From a virus (Duplodnaviria > Heunggongvirae > Uroviricota > Caudoviricetes), in the IMG/VR virus record IMGVR_UViG_3300022753_000047: a DNA stretch of 62,110 nt, one strand, 5' to 3'. Positions 17,872-28,200 of this stretch are shown in pieces; the first letter of the stretch is position 1; the number at the start of each line of letters is the position of its first letter. Below the pieces are notes generated by a model. That model was given only the letters and a program-made list of their open reading frames with translations, did no database searches and was not told the origin of the DNA. Position numbers and translations under genes: made by a program.

Positions 17872-18885
17872 ATGGCTGATATGAACAACATCGTGAAAGT
17901 TGCCGTCGATGCTTATCGTGGCAATGTCGAGAAATACTCCGTTGGTCAGTCCATGGAGCTTCTGCAGAAGGCTCTGGTCGAGGCTAACGGTGGCAGCACT
18001 GTGCTGAACTACAAAAACATCCGTGACGGTAAGTGCAACGGCCTGTTTACTCTGATCGAAGAGATTCTGAGCCGCACTGTCGTTGAGGGTCTGCAGGGCG
18101 ACGAGTATTTCAACGCTCTGGTCGATTTCCGCAATGTCGCTGAGGGCGACAAGAACCTGTTCTTCGTTGAGGACAGCAACCTGTTCGTCGTGGCCGATGC
18201 CGCTGACGGTACGCAGGGTATCCGTCGTCAGCGTCTGGGCGGGGTCAGCGAGACCAGCATCCCTACTTCCATGAAGTATGTGAAGATTTATGAGGAGCTG
18301 AATCGTGTCCTGTCTGGCCGTGTTGACTTCAACTACTTCATCGGCAAGGTTTCTGACTCCTTCCGTCAGAAGCTGCTGAATGACATCTATGGCCTGTGGA
18401 GTTCCGCTACTGCCGATCAGCTCGGCGGCGTGACCTACTTCCCCGCAGCCGGTGCATATGACGAGGACGAGCTGCTCGACTTGATCGCTCATGTCGAGGC
18501 TGCTGCTGGCGGTAAGCCCGCCACTATCGTTGGCACCAAGAAGGCCGTTCGTAATCTGGCTCCCTCCATCCAGGGCACCGATTCTCAGAGTGACATCTAC
18601 AACATGGGCTACTATGGCAAGTTCTATGGTACTCCCGTTGTTGTCACTCCTCAGCGCCACAAGCTGAACTCCACTGAGTTCGTTCTGGCCGACGATGTGC
18701 TGACCATCATCGCTGGTGATGACAAGCCCATCAAGTGCGTGTACGAGGGCAACCCCATTGTCCTGATGGGCAATCCCATGGACAACGGCGACCTGACCCA
18801 GGAGTACCTGTACGGCGAGAAGTATGGCATGGGCATCGTGCTGGCTGGCGGCAACGCTGGTATCGGTCGTTACGAGATCGCCTAA
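17872..18885 (+). CDS. Major capsid protein
   Basis: 337 aa, strongest codon bias in the head module, canonical position. Confidence 0.85.
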   Translation: MADMNNIVKVAVDAYRGNVEKYSVGQSMELLQKALVEANGGSTVLNYKNIRDGKCNGLFTLIEEILSRTVVEGLQGDEYFNALVDFRNVAEGDKNLFFVEDSNLFVVADAADGTQGIRRQRLGGVSETSIPTSMKYVKIYEELNRVLSGRVDFNYFIGKVSDSFRQKLLNDIYGLWSSATADQLGGVTYFPAAGAYDEDELLDLIAHVEAAAGGKPATIVGTKKAVRNLAPSIQGTDSQSDIYNMGYYGKFYGTPVVVTPQRHKLNSTEFVLADDVLTIIAGDDKPIKCVYEGNPIVLMGNPMDNGDLTQEYLYGEKYGMGIVLAGGNAGIGRYEIA

Positions 18886-18905
18886 GCCACGGTATGACAA
18901 ATCTA

Positions 18906-18931
18906 TGCGGGGCTCCATCGTGAGCCCCGCA
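18906..18931 (+). other. Perfect 10-bp hairpin after the capsid gene (no U-tract)
   Basis: TGCGGGGCTC-CATCGT-GAGCCCCGCA. Confidence 0.65.
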
Positions 18932-18953
18932 AGTATGAAAGGGTGAATAATAC

Positions 18954-19502
18954 ATGGCTAACAAAAATACAGGCGCAAAGCCTAAAGATACGACTGCGGC
19001 TTCTGTAACTGCGGAGGTCGCTCCTGTTGCGCAGGAAAAGAAAGAAGCATTTGTTCCCAAGGCATTTGATCCCAATCAGATCGTTACTGTCCGCAATGGT
19101 TTCCAGGGTAGACTGGTCTATCGCAGTAAGAAGACTGGCGAAAGATTTGTGTGGGATGAGTTCGGTGCTGAGCAGGACATGGAGCTGGCCGAGCTGAAAG
19201 CTGCAAGAAGCTCCAGCAAGAAATACTTCATCAACAACTGGTTCATGTTCGATGATCCCGAGATCGTGGATTATCTGGGCATGGCTCAGTATTACAAGTT
19301 CGCTCTGAACATCAGCGATTTTGACAAGCTCTTTAGCAAGAGTGCTTCTGAAATCGAGGCGACGATTGCAAAGCTGTCTGACGGCCAGAAGAAGTCTGTT
19401 GCCTACCGGGCAAAACAGTTGATTCAGGACGAAGTGATCGACTCCAACAAAGTGATCGCAACACTGGAGAAGTGCCTTGGCGTTGAGTTGATTGAACGAT
19501 AA
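18954..19502 (+). CDS. Virion morphogenesis hypothetical protein
   Basis: 182-aa ORF with SD in the head-neck region. Confidence 0.65.
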   Translation: MANKNTGAKPKDTTAASVTAEVAPVAQEKKEAFVPKAFDPNQIVTVRNGFQGRLVYRSKKTGERFVWDEFGAEQDMELAELKAARSSSKKYFINNWFMFDDPEIVDYLGMAQYYKFALNISDFDKLFSKSASEIEATIAKLSDGQKKSVAYRAKQLIQDEVIDSNKVIATLEKCLGVELIER

Positions 19503-19514
19503 GGAGCGTGAATT

Positions 19515-19961
19515 ATGAGCGTTTCTTACGATGTGTTTACCGGAGCATTTCTTGCAAAGGTAACCGAGTATGACTTCCCGATTGGAAGTTTTGAGCGCAA
19601 CGAAATGGTTGATGGATATATGAAAAGGGCGATTGCCGAGTTCAAGAAAATCTGTAAGTACGATTTGACATCAACAGCAGACGACATTGTCAGAGAGTTT
19701 CATGTAGAGATTGCCACGGAAGATATGGATGAACTGGCCAATATCATCTCCGAGGGTATGCTGGCGCAGTGGATGAAGCCATATGTGTACAGACAGGAAA
19801 ACCTTGAGAATGTCTTGAACACACGGGATTTCACCAGTTATTCACCTGCCGAATTGCTTCTGCGTATCAAGGATACATACAGCATGGTGCAGCGTGGGTT
19901 TACGAATATGATGAGGGAGTATTCGTACAACCATGGTGATCTTACGGATTTGCATTTATGA
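19515..19961 (+). CDS. Putative head-tail adaptor
   Basis: 148 aa, helical, neck-region synteny. Confidence 0.55.
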   Translation: MSVSYDVFTGAFLAKVTEYDFPIGSFERNEMVDGYMKRAIAEFKKICKYDLTSTADDIVREFHVEIATEDMDELANIISEGMLAQWMKPYVYRQENLENVLNTRDFTSYSPAELLLRIKDTYSMVQRGFTNMMREYSYNHGDLTDLHL

Positions 19962-20305
19962 TCCAGACCGTTAGAGGCATCCCTGTGGACGAAATGGTTC
20001 TGAGCAATTATCTTCGCAATCTTGTAAATCTTTTCTTTAAGATTCTCCCCATTCGAGAAAGTGAAGAGCCGTCACTGCGCTCATACATGATGAGCCTGCA
20101 GGCAGAGTTGCTCGGCTGTTCCGAACTGGTTGAGGCAGTACATGAAGACCCCATGTTCCTGTCTTTGGTTTCTATCTTGCAGTATTTGATCGACCATCCA
20201 GATAGCGCTGTTCATGTGTATAAGCGTGAGGTTTTCAAAGCAATTTCCATTTGCAATAAGTTGAAGGCGAGGTATGCAGTAAAGCCAATCAGCAAGGAGG
20301 GATAA
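19958..20305 (+). CDS. Hypothetical neck-region protein
   Basis: Translationally coupled (ATGA) 115-aa ORF. Confidence 0.6.
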   Translation: MIQTVRGIPVDEMVLSNYLRNLVNLFFKILPIRESEEPSLRSYMMSLQAELLGCSELVEAVHEDPMFLSLVSILQYLIDHPDSAVHVYKREVFKAISICNKLKARYAVKPISKEG

Positions 20306-20307
20306 GG

Positions 20308-21084
20308 ATGGGTGTTTGGGACTCCTATCAATCCAGATTGTCTGCGATGGGTACTACCAAAAGAGAAGCGGCATTGAACCGTGAGAAGGCGTACCTGTCA
20401 CGCAAGTTACCGTCAAGCCTATCCTACCATACCGTCAGTATGAATGGTGTGGAGCGCAATCTTGCCATCATCAACAGCGATAACCTAAACCAAAAAACGC
20501 TATGCTCATTACCTGGAGAAGAAATAATCAGCGGCTCTCTGGTTTACTGGAATGACAATTATTGGCTGGTTACAGCGGTTGATGCGAACAATGAAGTTTA
20601 CACAAAAGCGATTATGCTGCAGTGTAACCATCGGTTGCGTTGGATTGCTGCTGACGGCCACATCATCGAAAGATGGTGCATCGTTTCTGATGGAACGAAA
20701 TATCTGACCGGCGAAACAATCAGCTCGTACAACGAGAATGGTATGTCGCTCGGTGACACTCGTATCTCTGTTTCGCTGGCAAGAGATGAGTACACCGTTC
20801 AGTTAAACCGTGGGTTCCGCTTTTTGATAGACGACGAAGATTCGGATACGGTATTGGCCTATCGGCTTACGAAGCCATTCAAAATCGGAGGCGTGTACAA
20901 CGGAAACGGTGTTATGAGTTTCGTTATGACCGAAGTGAATACGGAGGACGACGACAACTTTGATCTGCGCATTGCGGATTACTATAAGCACTTCCCCCGT
21001 GAAACCGATGGTGATGTCGATAGTGAAACAATAGTGGAAGTGTTGAATGACGAGGCAACAGGTGGAAAGAAGGTGTGGCTGTGA
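20308..21084 (+). CDS. Putative head-closure/stopper protein
   Basis: 258 aa beta-rich, SD AAGGAGG, neck synteny. Confidence 0.55.
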   Translation: MGVWDSYQSRLSAMGTTKREAALNREKAYLSRKLPSSLSYHTVSMNGVERNLAIINSDNLNQKTLCSLPGEEIISGSLVYWNDNYWLVTAVDANNEVYTKAIMLQCNHRLRWIAADGHIIERWCIVSDGTKYLTGETISSYNENGMSLGDTRISVSLARDEYTVQLNRGFRFLIDDEDSDTVLAYRLTKPFKIGGVYNGNGVMSFVMTEVNTEDDDNFDLRIADYYKHFPRETDGDVDSETIVEVLNDEATGGKKVWL

Positions 21085-21599
21085 GTTGCGAAGCACTGGT
21101 TGGTCTGGACGAATTGTTCGACTATAAGAACCAACTGATGGACGACATGCTTACCAATGAGCAGATCATACGGCTGTTGTCCGATGACGGAAAGACTTTG
21201 ACTGCGCCGGAGAAATTGGTGTACACACAGGTCTATCCGTATGAGTATGTGCCGGATGTTGTCGAGCATGGACAAACATTTATCTGCTGCGAGGTGGATA
21301 TCAAGGATGTGATCGACAAGACATTCCTCGTTCCGGTGTTGTACATTTGGGTCTTCACCCATAAGAGTAAGGTTCGCTTGCCTGGTGGTGGCGTGCGAAC
21401 GGACAAGTTATCTTCTGAAATCACGAAAATCATCAACGGGAGCCGTATGTATGGGCTTGGCGAGCTCAACTTGCAGTCAGCAAAAAGATTTTCTCCTATC
21501 AGTGACTATCAGGGCAGAATCTTGACTTTCTATGCAAAAGATTTTAATCGTCTGTCTCCTTCAAATAAGAAGGTTCCGGCGAATAGAAAGCATGGATAA
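21075..21599 (+). CDS. Putative tail terminator/completion protein
   Basis: 174 aa, upstream of the tail tube gene. Confidence 0.5.
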   Translation: MAVSCEALVGLDELFDYKNQLMDDMLTNEQIIRLLSDDGKTLTAPEKLVYTQVYPYEYVPDVVEHGQTFICCEVDIKDVIDKTFLVPVLYIWVFTHKSKVRLPGGGVRTDKLSSEITKIINGSRMYGLGELNLQSAKRFSPISDYQGRILTFYAKDFNRLSPSNKKVPANRKHG

Positions 21600-22316
21600 A
21601 TGGCAGTAAGAAATCTCCTTTATAAAAAGGAGTTGCCGGTCAATGAAGATATCCAGATAGTGATCCCGACGGTTGGAGAAATCCTTGAGCAAGAGGACGC
21701 CTACTATTCCATGGTGTCTATGATTACAGCAACCCCATACGACATGATGGTTCAGTTAGATGATATGAAGATTGATTTTACTGAAATCGATGACTATCAG
21801 TTGTTCATTATTGTGTTTAATGCGCTAAAGACACAGGACACTTCATTGATTTTCGGTAGCCTTGACTTGAGTGGTTTTTCTGTAATGGTGAACCCGCAGA
21901 ACAACACAGTCGTTCTGAGAAATCCAGAGACGGGTGCTGTGATCGACCGGAGTATTCACCATCAGATTTGTCAAGCGGTCAGAACGATACACCACCTCAA
22001 ACGCAATAATCGCAAGCCTGCAAACGGTGAAGCGAAGAAATATATGCTCCAGCGAGCGAGAGCGAAAATGAAACGGCGAAAGAACCGAATTGAAGACTCA
22101 CAGCTTGAGGAGCTGATCGTTGCCTTGGTGAACACCGAGCAGTTCCGCTATGACTTTGACAGCGTCAGAAATCTGACCATCTATCAGTTTAACGAGAGCG
22201 TTCGGCAAGTCATCAAGAAGATCGATTTCGACAATAAAATGCACGGCATTTATGCCGGAACAATTAGCGCAAAAGACATGAGCCAAGACGATTTGAATTG
22301 GCTGACTCACAAATAA
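21600..22316 (+). CDS. Tail-region hypothetical protein
   Basis: 238-aa ORF abutting the previous stop. Confidence 0.65.
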   Translation: MAVRNLLYKKELPVNEDIQIVIPTVGEILEQEDAYYSMVSMITATPYDMMVQLDDMKIDFTEIDDYQLFIIVFNALKTQDTSLIFGSLDLSGFSVMVNPQNNTVVLRNPETGAVIDRSIHHQICQAVRTIHHLKRNNRKPANGEAKKYMLQRARAKMKRRKNRIEDSQLEELIVALVNTEQFRYDFDSVRNLTIYQFNESVRQVIKKIDFDNKMHGIYAGTISAKDMSQDDLNWLTHK

Positions 22317-22331
22317 GAGGAGGAAGGTTCT

Positions 22332-23132
22332 ATGAATATCAACATCAATGATATCACCATCACCAGCATCGAGACCATCACTGCTTTCGATATCGTGACT
22401 GGCGATTTCAAGTTCACCCTGGACGAGCTGCAGAATGCAACCATTGCCCAGAGCCAGGAGAAGACCGATATCACCGGTAAGCAGGGTCGTAAGCTGAGCT
22501 CTCTGAAGCGCAACAAGGCTGTTACGATCAGCGGCACCAACGGTCTGGTTTCTGCCGGTCTTCTGGAGCTGCAGACTGGTAGCAAGTTCGAGGAGAAGGT
22601 CACCACTGTTATGTGGACTGACTACCTGACTGTCTCCGGCAATCAGGCTACCACCAACTATGTTGCTGTTGGCACTGTCGGCAACGAGATCGAATCTGTG
22701 TACATCAAGAACCCCAACGGTACTCTGGGCACTGAGCTGACTCAGGCCGCTACCGCTGAGGCTGGCAAGTTCGCATATGATCCCGCTTCCAAGGTTATCA
22801 CCTTCAACGATGGTGAGATCGAGGATGGCAAGGAGATCGTTGTGTTCTACTTCCGCCAGATCAACGCCAATGTTCTGGAGAACATGAGCGACACCTATTC
22901 CGAGAAATGCACCCTGTATATCGATGCTTTCGGCGAAGACACCTGCGCCAATGTGTATCGTATCCAGTTCTATGTGCCCAAGGCTGACTTCGACGGCAAC
23001 TTTGAGCTGGCTATGGGTGACAGCCAGACTGTCCACTCCTTCGAGGCCGAGGCTCTGGCCGGTTCCTGCGGCGGCAGCGGCGCCTACTGGACTTACACCA
23101 TCTTCGGCGCTGACGAAGCTGATGTTGCCTAA
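22332..23132 (+). CDS. Major tail (tube) protein
   Basis: 266 aa, Thr/Gly-rich beta protein, strong SD and high-expression codon bias. Confidence 0.8.
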   Translation: MNININDITITSIETITAFDIVTGDFKFTLDELQNATIAQSQEKTDITGKQGRKLSSLKRNKAVTISGTNGLVSAGLLELQTGSKFEEKVTTVMWTDYLTVSGNQATTNYVAVGTVGNEIESVYIKNPNGTLGTELTQAATAEAGKFAYDPASKVITFNDGEIEDGKEIVVFYFRQINANVLENMSDTYSEKCTLYIDAFGEDTCANVYRIQFYVPKADFDGNFELAMGDSQTVHSFEAEALAGSCGGSGAYWTYTIFGADEADVA

Positions 23133-23139
23133 GAGGTGA

Positions 23140-23415
23140 ATGACTATGCCTATTGCCAAGAAGACATGCCGTGTCTGTGGTAAGCCCTATGAGGCTTGCC
23201 GCAGCACAAAGCGTGAGGTTGGAGCATTCCATTGGCAAGAGGTTGCGTGTTCCCCCGAGTGCGGCACAGAGTATCTGCGCATGGTAACCGAAGCACGCAA
23301 TCCTGCGCCCAAGGCCAAGCGCTATGCAAAGCCCGTGAAGCCTGTTGTTGAGGAAACTCCCATCCCGGCAATCGCTGAGGTGGAGACTCCCAATGACGAG
23401 GTCGTAACTGAATAA
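23140..23415 (+). CDS. Small zinc-binding hypothetical protein
   Basis: CRVCG and CSPEC motifs, Pro/Lys then acidic tail; SD GAGGTG. Confidence 0.65.
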   Translation: MTMPIAKKTCRVCGKPYEACRSTKREVGAFHWQEVACSPECGTEYLRMVTEARNPAPKAKRYAKPVKPVVEETPIPAIAEVETPNDEVVTE

Positions 23416-23428
23416 CGGAGATTGAATT

Positions 23429-23458
23429 GGCGGACAGATTAGTTTCTGTCCGCCTTTT
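23429..23458 (+). terminator. Intrinsic terminator
   Basis: GGCGGACAGA-TTAGTT-TCTGTCCGCC-TTTT. Confidence 0.8.
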
Positions 23459-23472
23459 CAGATATATGAGAT

Positions 23473-24018
23473 ATGAACATTTTAGCAATCGATCAGGCCA
23501 GAAATGGAGCCTGGTGTGTGTACGACTATGAGCAGAAAAAGCCCGTAGCCTATGGAGCGTTTGCTTTTCCAGTTGATGACTTTACCTATGCACAGGCAAT
23601 GGTTGGGATTTGTGATTTGACCACAGAGCTGATGGAGAAGTATGACATCTCTGCTGTGTTTATCGAGGACATCCAATTACGGAAAAATGCAGACTCATTC
23701 AAAAAACTGGCTCAGCTACAAGGGGCCCTCGTTTCTATGTTTGAACGGAACGAATACTTGTATGACTTTGTCCCCCCGTCAAAGTGGCAGAGCTACTGTA
23801 ACGCCAGAGGGCGTACAACCAAGGAGATCAAGGCCAAAATGACCGAACTGTCTCCTGAGAAAAAACAGTCGAAAGTGTTGTCCATCCAGTTTGTAAAAGA
23901 ACAGTTTGGAATAGAGACCGTGGATGACAACCTTGCGGATGCTATTTGCATTGGATATTTCGTGACCTCAACGGTTGCGATACAGACGGTAGAAGAAAAG
24001 GAGAATAACAATGGCTAA
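23473..24018 (+). CDS. RuvC-like Holliday junction resolvase
   Basis: ILAIDQA, VFIED and DNLADAICIG acidic catalytic motifs. Confidence 0.85.
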   Translation: MNILAIDQARNGAWCVYDYEQKKPVAYGAFAFPVDDFTYAQAMVGICDLTTELMEKYDISAVFIEDIQLRKNADSFKKLAQLQGALVSMFERNEYLYDFVPPSKWQSYCNARGRTTKEIKAKMTELSPEKKQSKVLSIQFVKEQFGIETVDDNLADAICIGYFVTSTVAIQTVEEKENNNG

Positions 24019-24619
24019 GAAAGAAAAGCGAATTTCAATCAATGCTCTGGAGAAAATCGCAAAGGAACAGTTCCCCGAGAGTGTGACCGAACAGTGGTTT
24101 GATATCGAGGTGACCATCAAGCGTTCTCTCCCTCTGAAAGAGATGATGCAGTTTGTACAGGAGGTCGTTGATGCTTGCTTCACCACAGATGGCACCTTTG
24201 TTCCTGAGATCATGGATTTTGCAACGAAGAGCGGTATCCTTACCCACTATGCCAACTTCACTCTGCCCGACAATCTGGAGAAGCAGTATTGGCTGATCTA
24301 CAGCACCGGTGCTGTGGATATGGTGTGTCAGCACATCAACATGGTGCAGTTGCAGGAGATGATCGGCGGTATCAACCGCAAGATTGACCATATGTGCGAC
24401 ACCGACATTGTTGCCACCAAGGCAAAGTTGAATGACCTGTACGAGGCATTCGTGAAGATGGGCACTGAAGTATCTGAGCTGTTCAGTGGAGTCAATGCCG
24501 ATGAACTGCAGAAGATGGTCGGCAATCTGGGCAGTACCGAGTTGAGCGAAGAAAAGATTGTTTCTGCATACATCGAACACATGAAAAAGAGCGCAGGCGG
24601 CGAAAGCAATGATAAGTGA
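24011..24619 (+). CDS. Hypothetical protein (possible tail assembly chaperone)
   Basis: 202 aa, helical, upstream of the TMP. Confidence 0.6.
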   Translation: MAKKEKRISINALEKIAKEQFPESVTEQWFDIEVTIKRSLPLKEMMQFVQEVVDACFTTDGTFVPEIMDFATKSGILTHYANFTLPDNLEKQYWLIYSTGAVDMVCQHINMVQLQEMIGGINRKIDHMCDTDIVATKAKLNDLYEAFVKMGTEVSELFSGVNADELQKMVGNLGSTELSEEKIVSAYIEHMKKSAGGESNDK

Positions 24620-25202
24620 GTCTGCGATCATGGGCAAACTCCAGGCATACGCAAATACTTCTGCTGGGAAAAAGCGTATGAAGGATTGCCTCCAATCAGC
24701 GAGAGACAGCGGTAAACCTCTTGCAAGCGGCGAAAAGGTCGTTGGTAAAAAGCAGATGTTGGAAATGGCAAATGCTTTGGCTGAGATGATCCGCAAGAGA
24801 CTGCCTGCGTCTATTTCCGATGTTGGGGAAACACTGGCCGTTGGTACGCCAGTGCGGCACCCAGATGGAAGTTATGAAGTGGTGCTGAGTTTTGATGCAA
24901 GCGCCCTCCACAGAGATTCTCTTGAGAATGACCTTGGGTACAACGGTATTGATAATATCGTCGCCCTCTTCAACAATGGCTATCACGCCCAAAATTATGT
25001 GTATGGTTGGTGGAACGGACACCGTCCAAGCGGTGAGTCTGTGTACCGAAGTGGTACAACCAGCGAATATGCGTGGGTACGAAGCGAAAAAGAGCGTGAA
25101 GCACTGCAATTTATGCAGGATGCTGAGGCTGAATTTAACACAGTGTACGCAAGCAAATATGGTGTTGTCGTACAACTTGGTAGCGATTATACCAAGGAAT
25201 AA
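24609..25202 (+). CDS. Hypothetical protein
   Basis: 197-aa ORF overlapping the previous stop. Confidence 0.6.
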   Translation: MISESAIMGKLQAYANTSAGKKRMKDCLQSARDSGKPLASGEKVVGKKQMLEMANALAEMIRKRLPASISDVGETLAVGTPVRHPDGSYEVVLSFDASALHRDSLENDLGYNGIDNIVALFNNGYHAQNYVYGWWNGHRPSGESVYRSGTTSEYAWVRSEKEREALQFMQDAEAEFNTVYASKYGVVVQLGSDYTKE

Positions 25203-25210
25203 TAAATCTT

Positions 25211-25238
25211 AAGGCATGGCTTCGGCCATGCCTTTTTT
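25211..25238 (+). terminator. Intrinsic terminator immediately before the TMP gene
   Basis: AAGGCATGGC-TTCG-GCCATGCCTT-TTTT, cUUCGg loop. Confidence 0.85.
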
Positions 25239-25256
25239 GTAAAGGATGGTGAGAAA

Positions 25257-28200
25257 ATGGCTGTAAGTGGACAGGATATTGGTCTGCTTTTTGGCGTACT
25301 TGGCGGTGGCAGAATCAGCGGCGAAAGTGGTGCTTTAATCAAATCACAGCTCGACAGTATTGTTGCTTCGCTGAACAATGCAACCAATTCTAAGCAGCGT
25401 CGTATCAAGCTCAACCTGGATATTGCCGGGACGAAGAGCAGCTTTTCGACTGGCTTAAAACAAATCACCAATGGCTTGAGTGGACAAAAGCAGTTCAAGA
25501 TCAAGGTCTCTGAAATTGATGCCACCTCTGCCATCAACAAGCTGAAATCACAGCTTGATGCCATGTTGAAAACGCTGAGCGTTAAGAATGGCATGACTAT
25601 CACAATGCCTTTGGCCGATGGCGGCTCTATCGTTGGAGATGCTGGTGCTCAGGCATTGGAAGAGGCAAAAGTAAAGGCGGCTGAGTATGCTGCACAACTT
25701 GCTTCGATTAAGACAATCGGCCAATCTGTTTCAAGCGCTGTTAAAGGCGCAATGACTGGTAATGGAGCTATTGCGGAAAGTGAGGCGCTGAAAGGCGTTA
25801 TTTCTGATTATAACAAGTGGCTCCAAAAGGTCGAGGAACTGAAAGCCTCCAAGCAGGCGCTCCATGGGAAAGCGCTGGACGACTTGCAGGCAGAGGGCGT
25901 TGCGATTGTCAGAAACATTGAACGCATTCGTGAGGAACAAAGAGCTCGTGAAGAAGCGAGTCGTGCCTCTGAGACCAGTGATGATGCATACGCAAGAAGA
26001 ATCAGTAGATTAAATGCATTGCAAAAATCTGCCGCAACTGCGTTGGGATATACTGCTGCCAAACATACAGAGCAGTATAGAAATATTGAGATTGCCAATG
26101 CAGAGTTGCAAGAAATGGCAACCAATTACACTCGGTTGACTGATGCTGATCTCGACAGATTGAGCGCACAAATCAACAGTAATACTGCGCAGATTCGTTC
26201 CATGAATCTTGCTTCCAAATCTTTTGGTGACACCCTGCTGGCAAATGCCAAGAAGTTTACAAGCTGGCTTGGTGTTTCCAGAATCATCATGATGATCTAT
26301 AACTCTCTGAGAAAGATGGTCGTCGCAGTTAAAGATGTGGATACAGCAATGACCGAACTGCGCAAGGTAACAAACGAAACAGAGGCAAGCTATATCAGTT
26401 TTCTGGACAAGGCCACTTCTCGTGCTCGTGAGTTAGGCGCAACGATCTCTGATACAGTCAGTGCGTCAGCAGACTTTGCAAGACTTGGATACAGTCTTGA
26501 CGATGCTGCCATGCTGGCAGATGCAGCGCTGGTATATAAAAATGTTGGTGACGGCATTGAAGATGTTGGCACTGCATCAGAGAGTATCATTTCCACAATG
26601 CGTGCATTCGGCATAGAGGCCGAAGGTGCAATGTTTATCGTGGACAAGTTTAATGAGGTTGGCAACAACTTTGCAATCTCTTCCAAGGGTGTTGGCGATG
26701 CCTTGCTTCGTTCTGCTTCTGCATTGGCTGCAGGCAACAACACGCTGGATGAAAGTATCGCCCTGGTCACTGCCGCAAACAGTGTTGTGCAGGATGCTGA
26801 CAAGGTCGGTACAACAATGAAAACCATTTCCATGTTCCTTCGTGCCGCAAAAACAGAAGCGGAGGAGGCCGGAGAGAGCACTGAGGGAATGGCAAACAGT
26901 GTATCTGAATTAAGAGGAGAAATCTTGGCGCTGACAGGCGGCAAGGTTGACATTCAGATTGATGAAGATACCTTCAAAAGTACATATCAGATCATCAAGG
27001 AACTCTCTGAGGTATGGGATGAACTGACCGATATTTCGCAGGCCAATATTCTGGAAATGATCGGTGGCAAGCGAAACAGCAATGTGGTCGCTGCTCTACT
27101 CACAAACTTCCAGACGGCAGAAGAGGTCATTAAGACTGCCGCCAATGCAAGCGGTTCTGCTCTGGCCGAGAACGAAAAATACCTTGACTCCATCAACGGT
27201 AAGGTGGCGCAGTTCAAAGCTGCGTTTGAGGAGCTTTCCTTAAACATCTTTGATTCAGAAATGGTCAAGGGTGTCGTTGACTTTGGAACCGGGCTTCTGG
27301 ACATCCTGAATGCTCTGGCAAAGATCAATGCGCTTCTCCCAGTTACCGTTGCTCTTGTAACTACAATTATTACATTGCGCCGTGTCAATCAAGCGAGTGC
27401 TATGGCGTCAAGCATTGTATACGCTGTTACACGCGGGCTATCCGCAGAAAGCGAAGAAGTAAAAGCATTAACGCTGTCCTATGCGGCATTGACTGCAGCA
27501 AGGCAAAAGGATGTTATTGCGGTTGTAAGTGCAAGACTTGCACAACAGGGTCTCACAAAAGAAGAGATTGCTGCTAAGTTGGCAACTTTGGGATTGACTG
27601 CGGCAACCGGAGGCCAAACTGCGGCAAACTACGGTTTGGCAGCGAGCTTCAAGGCGGTTCTGCTGTCTAATCCGTTTGGTTGGATTGCGCTCGCACTGAG
27701 TTTACTCCCTGGTGTGATTAGCTGGATCAAGAGCCTCAACAAGTCTGTTGACGAGTTGGAGGAAGAATATAGCGAACTTGCCACGACGATCAATGATGCG
27801 GCAAGTTCTTTTAGAAGTCTGAAAAAGGAAGCTGACCAAACAATCCCGAGATTCGTTGAACTCGCTAAGGGCGTAGACAAGTTTGGTAAGAATGTAAGCC
27901 TGACAGACGAAGAATATGCAGAGTTCCTGGAACTGAACAATAGAATTGCTGAGATGTTCCCGGAAATCAATATGGGTATGGACAGCAACGGCAATGCCAT
28001 GCTGGCGTTGTCCTATAGCGCAGATACCTTAACCGATTCTCTGATGGCATTGGTTGAAGCGGAGCGTGCTGCTGCAAATGAGGAAATTGCTAAGACCATG
28101 CCCGATGTTCTTACGAACATCAAAGAAACCAACGATGCATATCTTGACGAAATTGATGATCTTCGAGACATCCAAGATGAATACGAGGATGTTTATGATG

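Noticed and set aside
17347-18918. 523-aa antisense ORF over the decoration/capsid genes (likewise 2732-3694, 16408-17304, 22098-23159, 40172-41395, 41537-43027, 56812-57972, 58603-59595)
   Set aside because: Shadow frames of strongly codon-biased sense genes; no SD or recognisable motifs
24583-24589. G AAA AAG as a tail-chaperone -1 frameshift site
   Set aside because: Imperfect heptamer, and the -1 frame is not the frame of gene 24609
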